A stretch of 64,000 bases of DNA from Salinivirgaceae bacterium (GCA_024405635.1 JAKSOL010000001.1:1-64000), one strand, 5' to 3'; positions 1-9,842 are shown, numbered from the stretch's first letter. The notes: generated from the letters alone by a model not told the origin. Numbers and translations are program-made.

Positions 1-22
1 TTTTTATTCGTTTTATGAATAA

Positions 23-1003
23 CTTTTTTCAATTTTTATTAATGCACAACGGGTAGATCTAATACATTATCTTGGTCCAATCGGCTATAGAGAGCCTGGC
101 TTTTTACACGATCTGGATATTCCTTATATATGGGGCCCTATTGGGGGCTTTGGCATGATTCCCCCGAAGTTATGGAAGGCTGCTTTTTCCGTAAAAGGCG
201 CTATCGCTTTATTACTAAAGGGAGTTTTGAATAAGATACAATCAACTACAAATCTTAGAGTGCACAGAGCCATAAAAGATTCAGATGTTGTCGTATGCGC
301 CACCACAGAGTGGCAGAATTATGTAGAGAAACTTGCAGGCAAAAAACATCACAGCAAGATTCTCTATAGGCCTGAAAACTGTATTAATAGAACGTATCCA
401 ATCAACTACTCTAAATTCAATTCTAAAACAATCGACTTGGTATTCGTAGGCTGGATAGATTCAAGAAAAGCTCTTGTACTGATTTTGGATGCCTTGAAAC
501 GTATGAAAGACACTTCGAAAGTAAGCCTTCACATTCTTGGCGATGGCGACTTGATAGAGAAATATAAAGCTTATACAAGCATAAATGGACTGGATAGTGT
601 TGTCAACTGGCATGGGCGTGTTCCAAGAGAAGAGGTATTTGAGATCATGAACAACTCTCACCTTATGGTTTTACCTTCTCTGATGGATGCCAATACTACA
701 GTAATATGGGAGGCTATGGCAATGGGTATTCCGACTCTTGCACTCGATCACTTCGGATTTCATGACACAATAAAGAATGGCGAAACTGGTTTCCTAATTA
801 AGCCAAACAACTACAGACAGGTTGTAAATGATATTGCAAGTGTTCTTATAAAACTACAGCAATCAAATGGTATGAGTCTGTTGCGGTCTATGGCTGAGAA
901 TGTTTTGGAGAACAGAAAAAAATATCTTTGGGAAGAACGTGAAAAATTCTTTGAGAGTGTTTATACAGAAGCAATTAATAACCATAAGAATAGAGGTAAA
1001 TGA
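23..1003 (+). CDS. GT4 glycosyltransferase, apparently 5'-truncated
   Basis: C-terminal GT4 motifs (FVGWIDSRKA, LPSLMDANTTVIWEAMAMGIP). The frame stays open upstream of ATG155 (DLIHYLGPIGYREPG...YIWGPIGG) back to an in-frame TAA at 20-22. Confidence 0.8.
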   Translation, partial: LFSIFINAQRVDLIHYLGPIGYREPGFLHDLDIPYIWGPIGGFGMIPPKLWKAAFSVKGAIALLLKGVLNKIQSTTNLRVHRAIKDSDVVVCATTEWQNYVEKLAGKKHHSKILYRPENCINRTYPINYSKFNSKTIDLVFVGWIDSRKALVLILDALKRMKDTSKVSLHILGDGDLIEKYKAYTSINGLDSVVNWHGRVPREEVFEIMNNSHLMVLPSLMDANTTVIWEAMAMGIPTLALDHFGFHDTIKNGETGFLIKPNNYRQVVNDIASVLIKLQQSNGMSLLRSMAENVLENRKKYLWEEREKFFESVYTEAINNHKNRGK

Positions 1004-2004
1004 CAAACGGAATAAAGAAAATAAACTGGCTGCTTATCCTTCAGGGATGGGCAATGTTATGGGTAGTAATCGGGCACGCAGGGCCTTGTAATGATCTTGC
1101 AGATTATCCTTCTTATGGTTTAGCACTATATAACTTTGCGTATTCATTTCACATGGCTTTGTTCATGTTTGTGTCAGGATACTTGTTTTACTTTACGAGA
1201 ATAAGCGAAGATGCATCCAAGAAATGGACATACGGCAGGATGATAATGGAGAAACTGGAGCGTTTCGGAATTCCTTTTGTCCTTTTCACACTAATCGGTA
1301 TGGTAATAAAATCGGTTTTTGCGTCACAGGTTGAGAGACCTTCTGAATTGAGTATAATGGAATTTGCTTATGCTATATTATATCCATACAACGGTCCTGT
1401 GCGTGAATTCTGGTTTCTAGGTGCATTGTTCTGGATGTTTGGGTTAGCACCGCTGTGGAAGATCACTTTAAAAAATTAATATATCGCTCTTGCAACATTT
1501 GCTTTCTTGATTAGTTTCTCATTAGTCGATGTTGGGACAGATTTCCTTGCAATAAGAAGTGCATGTTCAAGAATGTGTTACTTTTATGGCGGCATGCTTC
1601 TATCGCAATATGATTTTAGCAATAATGGAGCCAAAGTGAAGATTCCAAACATTGCAATTCTTGTATTGGGGGGGGCAATTTATGTTGTGGCAAGGGTGTT
1701 TGAGCTGCCAATAATAACTCCTTGGTCTGCCATCGTATTCTCAATTGCACTGGCGAAGATACTTGACCAGTATGTGCCTCAAATGTTCTGCGGATTCAGG
1801 AACTACACTATGCAGATTTACCTGATGGGACTATGGGCTCAGATGGTTGTAAAGATGGTTACAATGAGATATGAACTGCCATGGCTGCTAGGATATATAG
1901 TATCAATTGCACTAGGTCTTTATGCGCCTGTCTTAGTTTCAAAGATACTCGAAAAGATAAACTGGAAGCCATTGCTTTTATGCGTAGGATTGAAGAAAAA
2001 ATAA
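1000..2004 (+). pseudogene. Acyltransferase family 3 (O-acetyltransferase) split by an in-frame TAA
   Basis: ORFs 1000-1479 and 1507-2004 share a frame (LKN*YIALATFAFLISF). AT3 motifs LQGWAMLWVVIGH, YSFHMALFMFVSGY, FWFL; multiple TM helices. Confidence 0.8.
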
Positions 2005-2041
2005 AGTAGTATTAATCAAATACCATCATTAAAAGAAGAAA

Positions 2042-2390
2042 GCATCAATAATAGCAAAGTGTATCTATCGTATTTGATGCAAAACGTGTAACATTTAGGA
2101 TAATCTTACCAATCGACAGAAAGAGACCTCTTTTGAGTTTATTAAAGAAATTGCCCCACATGGCGGCAAGTAACAAAACTAGTGTTGAGCATTGTCGATA
2201 GTCAACCTTATCGAGGTGAAGGGCAAAGTTCTGGAAACGAAACAAGATTGTATTATCTACCTATAGTTTTTTTAGCAGCCGTATTATCAATAGGGCAAGG
2301 CTTCCAGTAAAAGGATACTGCATCTCTATTGACGTCATCTAGTAAAAGAAAAATAAGCAGTGTTAGTCAGCATGGTTTTAACAGAGTACA
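2042..2390 (+). pseudogene. Eroded relic of a radical SAM gene paralogous to 3805-4857
   Basis: Colinear similarity by eye: tgatgcaaaacgtgtaacatttaggataat vs cgatgcaaaatgtgtaatatttgggacaac; LLKKLPHMAASN vs LLEKLPHMEACN; ggatactgcatctctattga vs ggataccgtatttctattga. Contains stops and indels. Confidence 0.7.
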
Positions 2391-2588
2391 CATCAACTAT
2401 CTGTAACAATTGTGCATAGGTGTTATATGTCTTAAGCAAGATTGTGAGTAATTAACCTTAAAATATAATATCCCTATAAAATTTAGGTTAAGGTTGTAAA
2501 AAAATAGTTTAAGTTAGGATATTGTTAAGGTTAAATAGTAGTTAACATTATGGTTGTTAAATAGAGTGGATAATGATAACTTTATTAT

Positions 2589-3794
2589 ATGAAAGTACTA
2601 TTAATCAATAATATATTCTACCGTAAGGGCGGAAGTGAAGCTGTGTTTTTTAATACCGCTGAACTACTGAAGAAGCATGGTCATGAGGTGGTATTCTTCA
2701 GTTTTAAGCGAGAGGAGAACATACCGAGTGAGCAGAGTGTGTATTTTCCCAATATAGGAGGTAAATTGAAGCAGATGCGAAACTATTTTTGGAACGCAGA
2801 TGCAGCTCAACAATTGGAGAAACTTATACTAGCAGAAAAGCCAGACATTGCGCATGTGCATCTGTTTTGGGGATTGATGTCGCCAAGTATATTTGGAGTG
2901 CTGAAAAAACATAAAATACCATTGGTACATACTGTTCATGACTACCGAATGGTGTGCCCAGCATATACATTCAAAAATGGAAAAGGAACAATATGCGAGA
3001 AATGTGGAGGAGGTAGTTTCAAAAACTGTTTAATAGGTAAATGTTCAAAGGGTAGTTTGGTACAAAGTGCGCTGATGACGGCTGAAATGATTTATAGAAA
3101 CAAAAAGTACCACCCAGTTGACAATATCTCAGGCTTTATTTTTGTAAGCAACTTTGCAAAGGAAAAACACTTGCAACATGACGACAAGTTTAAAACGGCC
3201 AACAATATAGTGTTGTATAACTATACCACACCCATAATTGAACCTACAACAGAAAAAAAAGATTATTTATTGTATTATGGCCGACTGAGTTATGAAAAAG
3301 GTATTCATACATTGATAGATGCAATGCGTCAACTGCCAAATGTAAAACTAAAGGTTGTAGGTACAGGGCCTATCGATGGAGAATTACAAAAGATTAAGGC
3401 TGAAAAACATATAGAAAATGTTGAGTTTTTAGGATATAAAAGCGGCAAAGAACTATTTGAATTGGTACGTAATGCAAAATATGTTTGTGTACCATCAGAA
3501 TGGTATGAAAACAACCCAATGACCATAATAGAGAGTTATTCATTAGGAACACCTGTAATAGGGGCCAACATTGGTGGAATACCAGAGATTATTAACGAAG
3601 GAAAGACAGGTGTGCTGTTTGAAAGTGGAAACACAAACTCGCTTGTAGAACAGATAGAAAAAGTGGCAGCTATTTCATCAAAAGAATACGAGGCAATGAG
3701 TAACTTTGCATTTAAGTTCTACGAGAAGAATTTTTCAGAAGAACACCACTATCAAGAATTGATAGGTTTTTATTCATCAGTATTAAATAAATAA
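2589..3794 (+). CDS. GT4 glycosyltransferase
   Basis: GGSE N-terminal motif, YYGRLSYEKG, PSEWYENNPMTIIES, GGIPE. Confidence 0.93.
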   Translation: MKVLLINNIFYRKGGSEAVFFNTAELLKKHGHEVVFFSFKREENIPSEQSVYFPNIGGKLKQMRNYFWNADAAQQLEKLILAEKPDIAHVHLFWGLMSPSIFGVLKKHKIPLVHTVHDYRMVCPAYTFKNGKGTICEKCGGGSFKNCLIGKCSKGSLVQSALMTAEMIYRNKKYHPVDNISGFIFVSNFAKEKHLQHDDKFKTANNIVLYNYTTPIIEPTTEKKDYLLYYGRLSYEKGIHTLIDAMRQLPNVKLKVVGTGPIDGELQKIKAEKHIENVEFLGYKSGKELFELVRNAKYVCVPSEWYENNPMTIIESYSLGTPVIGANIGGIPEIINEGKTGVLFESGNTNSLVEQIEKVAAISSKEYEAMSNFAFKFYEKNFSEEHHYQELIGFYSSVLNK

Positions 3795-3804
3795 GAAATA
3801 ACAC

Positions 3805-4857
3805 ATGGATGGATCAATTATAGTAACGTATCGCTGCCCAATGCGATGCAAAATGTGTAATATTTGGGACAACCCAACAAAGGCAAGCGAAGAATTTAAG
3901 CCAGAATTGCTTGAAAAATTGCCACACATGGAAGCTTGTAATATAACAGGAGGAGAACCATTTGTACGCGAGGATATTGAGGAGATAGTAAAAGTATTAG
4001 AAAAGAAAGCCGACCGTATTGTATTTTCTACATCGGGATTCTTCAGCGATCGTATAATTGATATGGCAAAAAAACACCCAAATGTTGGATACCGTATTTC
4101 TATTGAGGGACTTGCATGCAAAAACGATGAGTTGCGAGGTCGTCAGGGAGGTTTTGATAAGGGACTAAAAACATTGTTAGAACTGCGACGTTTGGGTATT
4201 AAGGATATCGGTTTTGGATGTACTGTGTCAAACAACAATTCTGACGATATGTTGAACCTTTATGAGTTGAATCGGAATTTAGGTATGCAGTTTGCTACAG
4301 CTACATTTCATAACTCATTTTACTTCCACAAAACCGACAATGAGGTAACGAATAAAGAGGAAGTTTGTGCCAACTTTGATGAACTTATACAGCGACTTAT
4401 GCGCGAGAATTCACCAAAATCGTGGTTCAGAGCATTCTTCAACTTGGGCCTAATAAACTACATACGCAATGGTCGTCGAATGCTTCCTTGTGAAGCTGGT
4501 AACGAAAACTTTTTTGTTGATCCATTTGGCAACGTGTTACCTTGCAATGGCATGGAAGAGAGTTGCTGGTTCGACACCATGGGTAATTTGAACGAGCAGT
4601 CGTGGGAAGAAATATGGAACGGCGAAAAAGCTAAGCAAGTACGCGAAAAGGTGGCACATTGTCCTAAGAGTTGTTGGATGATAGGTTCGGCAAGCCCTGT
4701 AATGAGAAAGTATATGAGTAAGGTTGCACCATGGGTAATAAAAAACAAGTTGAAAGTACTTACAGGTGGTAAGGTTGATACTCATTGTGTACCATTCTTT
4801 CATGTGGGTAATAACGATTTGCAAGGATTGCGTCCCAATGTGGGAAATTCAGATTAA
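3805..4857 (+). CDS. Radical SAM protein with SPASM/twitch domain
   Basis: CPMRCKMC (CxxxCxxC), TGGEPF, C-terminal CEAG...GNVLPCNG...CPKSCW. Confidence 0.92.
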   Translation: MDGSIIVTYRCPMRCKMCNIWDNPTKASEEFKPELLEKLPHMEACNITGGEPFVREDIEEIVKVLEKKADRIVFSTSGFFSDRIIDMAKKHPNVGYRISIEGLACKNDELRGRQGGFDKGLKTLLELRRLGIKDIGFGCTVSNNNSDDMLNLYELNRNLGMQFATATFHNSFYFHKTDNEVTNKEEVCANFDELIQRLMRENSPKSWFRAFFNLGLINYIRNGRRMLPCEAGNENFFVDPFGNVLPCNGMEESCWFDTMGNLNEQSWEEIWNGEKAKQVREKVAHCPKSCWMIGSASPVMRKYMSKVAPWVIKNKLKVLTGGKVDTHCVPFFHVGNNDLQGLRPNVGNSD

Positions 4858-4922
4858 TGTTGTGGTAATAAATAATCACAAAAGAATAGCCATATAATTC
4901 TTAACTCCACAAACAACAATAA

Positions 4923-6029
4923 ATGAAAATCATATTCATAGGAGGACGAAGCATTCATATTTTGGGAGGCATTGAAAACTATATGTTAAACCTAACACGT
5001 GAACTTGCAAAGTTGGGCCATGAATGTGTGGTTTGGTGTGAAAGCGACCATCGTGAGGTGGAATACTTGGATGGGGTTAAGATTATATATCACCCAGGCC
5101 CCAAAAGCAATTTAATATGCAAACCTTGGTGTGGATTAAAAGCTACAGTGCGCACCCTAATGCATGAAAAAAATGTTGATTTTGTGCATTATAATGCGTG
5201 GCCTGCATCGTTATGGAATTGGCTGCCACGAATGTTTGGAATACAAACTGCCATGGAAGGTCATGGATTAGAATGGCAAAGAAGTAAGTATTCAAAGTTG
5301 TCGCAAACTATAATGAAATACATGGAATGGTTTACGGCTCACATAAATAATCACCTTATTATGTGTAGCGAGAGCCAAGTAAGGTATTTTAAAAAACAGT
5401 ATGGGAAAACCGCGGTTTGTATTCCAGGGGCGGTAGTCTTACCAAATGTATCGGCAACTTGTAATAGTGATATTTTGGAAAAATATAATCTTCAGCCTCA
5501 AAGGTATTTCCTTTTTATGGGAAGGTTGGTTCAAGATAAGAATCCAGATTATTTGATACGAGCGTTTGGCAAGGTAAAAACTTTGGGTTATAAATTAGTT
5601 ATTGCAGGTAGTAATGACACATGTCCTGAATATGTTGAGAAACTAAAGAAAATGGCTAATAATGATGTAGTTTTTACCGGGGCAATATATGGTGAGGATA
5701 AGATGCAGATATTAAAAAACGCATTTTGTTTTTGTTTGCCATCAACCATCGAAGGGTTAAGCATAGTATTAATGGAAGCAACCTCATACAAACTTCCAGT
5801 TATTGCAACAAACATTGAGGCCAACGAAGAGTTTTTAGGAAATGACGCAATTTATGTAACACCTGAAAATGAAATAGAATTGACACAAGCTATAGAGTAT
5901 GCTATAAGTAATCCTCAAAAACTTAAAGAACAAGTAGATGCCAACTATACCAAATTAGTAAGCCACTACACATGGGATAAAATAGCCATAAAGTATGTTG
6001 AATATCTAAATAGTTTGGGAATAAAATAA
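4923..6029 (+). CDS. GT4 glycosyltransferase
   Basis: GGIE, HGLEWQRSK, MGRLVQDKN, PSTIEGLSIVLMEA. Confidence 0.93.
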   Translation: MKIIFIGGRSIHILGGIENYMLNLTRELAKLGHECVVWCESDHREVEYLDGVKIIYHPGPKSNLICKPWCGLKATVRTLMHEKNVDFVHYNAWPASLWNWLPRMFGIQTAMEGHGLEWQRSKYSKLSQTIMKYMEWFTAHINNHLIMCSESQVRYFKKQYGKTAVCIPGAVVLPNVSATCNSDILEKYNLQPQRYFLFMGRLVQDKNPDYLIRAFGKVKTLGYKLVIAGSNDTCPEYVEKLKKMANNDVVFTGAIYGEDKMQILKNAFCFCLPSTIEGLSIVLMEATSYKLPVIATNIEANEEFLGNDAIYVTPENEIELTQAIEYAISNPQKLKEQVDANYTKLVSHYTWDKIAIKYVEYLNSLGIK

Positions 6030-6154
6030 GTTCTTCAATCTGTTTTGTTATAAGAGCATATATCTTCTACCAAAAGAAATTTGATATAGAATAGACCAAC
6101 AATTGCTGCAACTGTGTCGCAGTTACATTTGTGTTTGTACCTAAAATTCAATCT

Positions 6155-6198
6155 TGCCGTAAAAAAATTACGGCAGGGTGTTATTTTTATTACTTTTG
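6155..6198 (+). promoter_or_regulatory. Palindromic operator-like site plus Bacteroidota -7 element
   Basis: TGCCGTAA-N5-TTACGGCA at 6155-6175; TACTTTTG (TAnnTTTG) at 6191-6198, just upstream of ATG 6226. Confidence 0.55.
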
Positions 6199-6225
6199 TA
6201 ATTGCGAACAATATAAAAGACGAAC

Positions 6226-7332
6226 ATGTTAGCCAAGTTTGCAGTTAAAAATTATAGAGGGTTCAAGGAAAAGATAGAGTTGGACTTATCTCATCCAGCC
6301 AATTACGAATTCAATGATTTTGCTATTAAAAATGGCATTGTAAAAAATGGCATTGTATATGGGCCTAATGGTTGTGGAAAGACAAATTTAGGACTTGCTA
6401 TTTTTGATATAGTGAATCACCTTTCGCAAAAGATGCGTCATCCAGACTATTATTCAAAGAATTTCGTATATGCTGGTGCACCAAACTATTTTGTTGATTT
6501 TGAATACACGTTTAAATTTTCTAGTATAGAACTGTTCTATTGTTATTCTAAGGATACAAAAGGAGAGTTAAGAAAGGAGTCTCTTTCTGTAAATGGAATA
6601 GAGTTGTTTCGTCGTGCCGAAAGCAAACTCAGTATAGATTCCAAGACATTTCCAATAGCAAATGACATGAAACGTCAGTTGGAAATTAATGTTAGTAATG
6701 TATCTATACTAGGTTTTATACTCATGTACGTTCCAATAGATGACAAGGATAGTTATCTAATAAAGTTGAAACAATTTGTAGATTCTATGTTGTGGTTCCG
6801 CTCTCTTCGTCAGAATGAGTTTATTGGCTTGGAAACAACACCTACACAACTAGAAGAATTTGTCATTTCAAACAACTACATCAAAGATTTTCAGGATTAT
6901 TTAGAGAAGGTTAGTGGACAAAAATACCATTTCGTTAATCAATCAAACAAAGACAAGCAACTAGTATGTGAAATAGATGGGCATATCGCATTGTTCAGCG
7001 TAGTAATGTCATTGGGAACAGAGGCTTTACTTCTATTGTTTTATTGGACAAAGAAACTTGACTCTGCATCTTTTGTATTCATTGACGAATTTGATGCATT
7101 CTATCATTTTAAATTGTCAACAGAGGTATGCAGACTTCTTTTTCAAAGCAATTGTCAACTATTCTTGTCTTCGCACAATACATATTTAATGGCTAACACA
7201 TTGTTGCGTCCAGATTGTAATTTCATAATCACTGACAATAAAATAAAACCGCTGAACGAATGTACAGACAAGGATTTGCGTTTTGGCCACAATATTGAGA
7301 AACTATATAGAGGCAATATCTTTGCTGTATGA
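6226..7332 (+). CDS. ABC-type ATPase (AAA_21/AAA_15, RloA/AriA-like)
   Basis: Walker A GPNGCGKT, degenerate signature MSLGT, Walker B VFIDEFD, H-loop SSHN; no TM segments. Confidence 0.85.
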   Translation: MLAKFAVKNYRGFKEKIELDLSHPANYEFNDFAIKNGIVKNGIVYGPNGCGKTNLGLAIFDIVNHLSQKMRHPDYYSKNFVYAGAPNYFVDFEYTFKFSSIELFYCYSKDTKGELRKESLSVNGIELFRRAESKLSIDSKTFPIANDMKRQLEINVSNVSILGFILMYVPIDDKDSYLIKLKQFVDSMLWFRSLRQNEFIGLETTPTQLEEFVISNNYIKDFQDYLEKVSGQKYHFVNQSNKDKQLVCEIDGHIALFSVVMSLGTEALLLLFYWTKKLDSASFVFIDEFDAFYHFKLSTEVCRLLFQSNCQLFLSSHNTYLMANTLLRPDCNFIITDNKIKPLNECTDKDLRFGHNIEKLYRGNIFAV

Positions 7333-8138
7333 GATTGTTCATTTTTGAGGGAGAAGCCGAAGAAAGAGTTTTCAAAACACTAAAGCACTTGTTCATGAGC
7401 AACGAGCATGAAATAGTGTGTGTGTTTCGTAGCAACATTTATGCTCTTTATTCAAGACTAAAGAAACATAGTGTGTTTGAGTCGGAAATAGCAAATGAAC
7501 TTGACATTGTTAGTGTACTGAACGAGTTGCTTCTTGAGTCTGGAGATTATACATTGGAGCCTTATGTGAATGAGGTTTTTGCTGAGGTCTTTCTGTTTTT
7601 CGATTATGATTTTCACGATAAGCGTGGTACTCTACAAGAAAATAACAACCATTTACTTGAAATGATGTTGTACTTTTCAGACGAAACTGGGAATGGTAAA
7701 CTCTATATAAATTATCCTATGTTGGAGGCTTATCGTTATATAAAACACATCCCTGATTCTGATTATGTCAATTATCTAGTAGACATAGAAAAGAGTATGA
7801 CATTTAAGAGATTGACATCGGAATTTTCTGCTTATTCAGTGGACCACTTTGCACTTTCTGAAAGTGATTGGGAGTCAAAAAACAAAAGAGATAAAAGATT
7901 GGTTGATGTTAAGAAAAATTGGGTAGGTATCATACCAATGAATGTATCAAAGGCCAACTTTATTTGTACTGAAAGAAATGAGTTGCCATTAAAAAAGGAC
8001 GATGTTTGCCAAATACGTATTTTTAATAATCAACTCACAAAATATGTTGCCCAAGAACCAAGTCGGGTGGCAGTCCTTAGCGCATTTCCTCTATTCTTAT
8101 ATGAATATCTTAAGCCAGAAGTTTTAAGTGTAGGTTAA
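7329..8138 (+). CDS. Hypothetical protein with TOPRIM-like motifs (RloB/AriB-like)
   Basis: IFEGEAE (EGxxE) and FFDYD (DxD), plus NYPMLE. ATGA overlap with the ATPase. Confidence 0.6.
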   Translation: MRLFIFEGEAEERVFKTLKHLFMSNEHEIVCVFRSNIYALYSRLKKHSVFESEIANELDIVSVLNELLLESGDYTLEPYVNEVFAEVFLFFDYDFHDKRGTLQENNNHLLEMMLYFSDETGNGKLYINYPMLEAYRYIKHIPDSDYVNYLVDIEKSMTFKRLTSEFSAYSVDHFALSESDWESKNKRDKRLVDVKKNWVGIIPMNVSKANFICTERNELPLKKDDVCQIRIFNNQLTKYVAQEPSRVAVLSAFPLFLYEYLKPEVLSVG

Positions 8139-8230
8139 ATATTGTAAAAACTCTGTATGTAATATCCTAATCCAAAAACTTGGACCAAAAGGATGCATAA
8201 AAAACAGCACAGTTAACTCGGCTAACATCA

Positions 8231-8299
8231 CTCACAAGTTTGTCAGTTTTCACCTCACAATCTTGTCAATTTTTATCTCACAAGTTTGTCAGTTTTTAG
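8231..8299 (+). repeat. Three tandem 23-bp repeats (CTCACAA[GT/TC]TTGTCA[G/A]TTTTnnn)
   Basis: Units start at 8231, 8254 and 8277, and abut the -7 element TATATTTG at 8300-8307. Confidence 0.95.
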
Positions 8300-8337
8300 T
8301 ATATTTGTGGCGTTAACATTAAGTTTTACAGTTAATT

Positions 8338-9600
8338 ATGGCTAATTACTTAAAACGCTATGCTGAGGCTGAAATAGAACGGGCGCTTGCGTCGTCGGGA
8401 GCGGTGTTGATAGCTGGCCCAAAATTCTGTGGCAAAACAACAACGGCAATGCAATTTGCCAAAAGTGCAATTAGTTTAAATACCGCAGCAACCATCGGAT
8501 TGGCAAAAATGGAGCCTGGCAATATGCTGCAAGGCGATGTGCCTCGTGTAATTGACGAGTGGCAAACTGTGCCCGACATTTGGAACGAAGTACGTGCTAA
8601 AGTTGACCAAGTGGGCAAGTTTGGTCAATTTATACTAACAGGCAGCTCAACTCCTGCCGATAAAACACAGATTCACCATTCAGGAGCAGGTCGCATAACA
8701 ACTGTAAAAATGTTGCCAATGTCGTTGTCGGAGTCGCAAGATTCAAAAAAAACGGTTTCGTTGACGGAGCTTTTTACAAATCAAAACGCTAAGGTATTTG
8801 ATATGAACGAAGGGCATCAATTGTCAGATTCCGCTTTTTTTGTTTGCCGCGGCGGATGGCCATTGTCGTTAAACAGCAATCGCAAGGTGGCCCTTGATGT
8901 TACCAAAAACTACTACAAAGGGTTGTTTAACTTTGAGTATAGCGAGAACGAGAAATTTAGGAACAAAAAGCCTGAGATATTGCAAATGGTGCTTCGTAGT
9001 TATGCACGAAACATATCAACCGAGGCATCGATACAAACAATAATTGCTGATGTTACGGCATCGAACCGTCGCACAATGAGCGCCAATACATTTGAGGACT
9101 ACATGGATGCGTTGCGCGATTTGTTTATTATTGAAGATATTGAGGCTTGGAATCCGAATTTGCGAAGTAAAACCGTTGTTAGAACAACACCAACGCGCCA
9201 TTTTGTTGATCCGTCAATAGCATGTGCAGCGTTGAAAATATCGCCAGCAATGCTTATGCGCGATTTAAATTCGTTTGGTTTGCTTTTTGAAGATATGGTG
9301 GTTAGAGACCTAAAGGCTTACGTTTCAACACTAGGTGGCAGTGTTATGCATTACCGCGATAGTAGAGGGCTGGAGTGCGATGCTGTTGTTGTGCTTGATG
9401 ATGGTAGATGGGCGTTGGTTGAGGTTAAGTTGGGCGGCGATGATTTGGTTAACGAAGGAGCTGCGCATCTTTTGAAAATGCAACGCGACATTGCAGAAGG
9501 TAATGGTCCTGAGTTTATGATGGTTATTACTGCTACAGGTCCAGCATATAGGCGCCCCGATGGTGTTTTGGTGGTTCCGCTTAATTGTTTAACTGCGTAG
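8338..9600 (+). CDS. AAA_14 ATPase with C-terminal DUF4143 (PD-(D/E)XK-like) domain
   Basis: GPKFCGKTT, IDEWQ, LTGS, HSGAGRI, GGWP; C-terminal HYRD...ECDAV...EVKLG. Confidence 0.9.
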   Translation: MANYLKRYAEAEIERALASSGAVLIAGPKFCGKTTTAMQFAKSAISLNTAATIGLAKMEPGNMLQGDVPRVIDEWQTVPDIWNEVRAKVDQVGKFGQFILTGSSTPADKTQIHHSGAGRITTVKMLPMSLSESQDSKKTVSLTELFTNQNAKVFDMNEGHQLSDSAFFVCRGGWPLSLNSNRKVALDVTKNYYKGLFNFEYSENEKFRNKKPEILQMVLRSYARNISTEASIQTIIADVTASNRRTMSANTFEDYMDALRDLFIIEDIEAWNPNLRSKTVVRTTPTRHFVDPSIACAALKISPAMLMRDLNSFGLLFEDMVVRDLKAYVSTLGGSVMHYRDSRGLECDAVVVLDDGRWALVEVKLGGDDLVNEGAAHLLKMQRDIAEGNGPEFMMVITATGPAYRRPDGVLVVPLNCLTA

Positions 9601-9646
9601 TGTGGAGTAAATGGCTGATTTGTAAGCAATTGTTGTTATTAAAAAC

Positions 9647-9810
9647 CTCACAATCTTGTCAATTTTTATCTCACAATCTTGTCAATTTTTATCTCACAAG
9701 TTTGTCAGTTTTTACCTCACAAGTTTGTCAGTTTTTGCCTTGTAAGTTGGTTCATTCAAGCAACTAAGTTAATTGTATCCAGCCAATAGCTATCGCCACT
9801 CACAATCTTG
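9647..9810 (+). repeat. Four tandem 23-bp repeats of the same family, plus a partial copy
   Basis: Units start at 9647, 9670, 9693 and 9716; degenerate unit at 9739; CTCACAATCTTG at 9799-9810. Same orientation as 8231-8299. Confidence 0.95.
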
Positions 9811-9842
9811 CATTGGCAAGCAAAAAACATTGCAAAATGTGT

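Noticed and set aside
1477-1479. TAA reassignment or programmed readthrough
   Set aside because: Most intact genes in the window end in TAA, so a nonsense mutation or sequencing error is simpler.
2452-2534. Invertible promoter bounded by TTAACCTTAA/TTAAGGTTAA
   Set aside because: Only a 10-bp AT-rich inverted repeat around 63 bp, with no clear -7 element inside and no recombinase in the window.
8231-9810. 23-bp repeat arrays as a CRISPR or other guide array
   Set aside because: The units are contiguous with no unique spacers, and there are no cas genes in the window.
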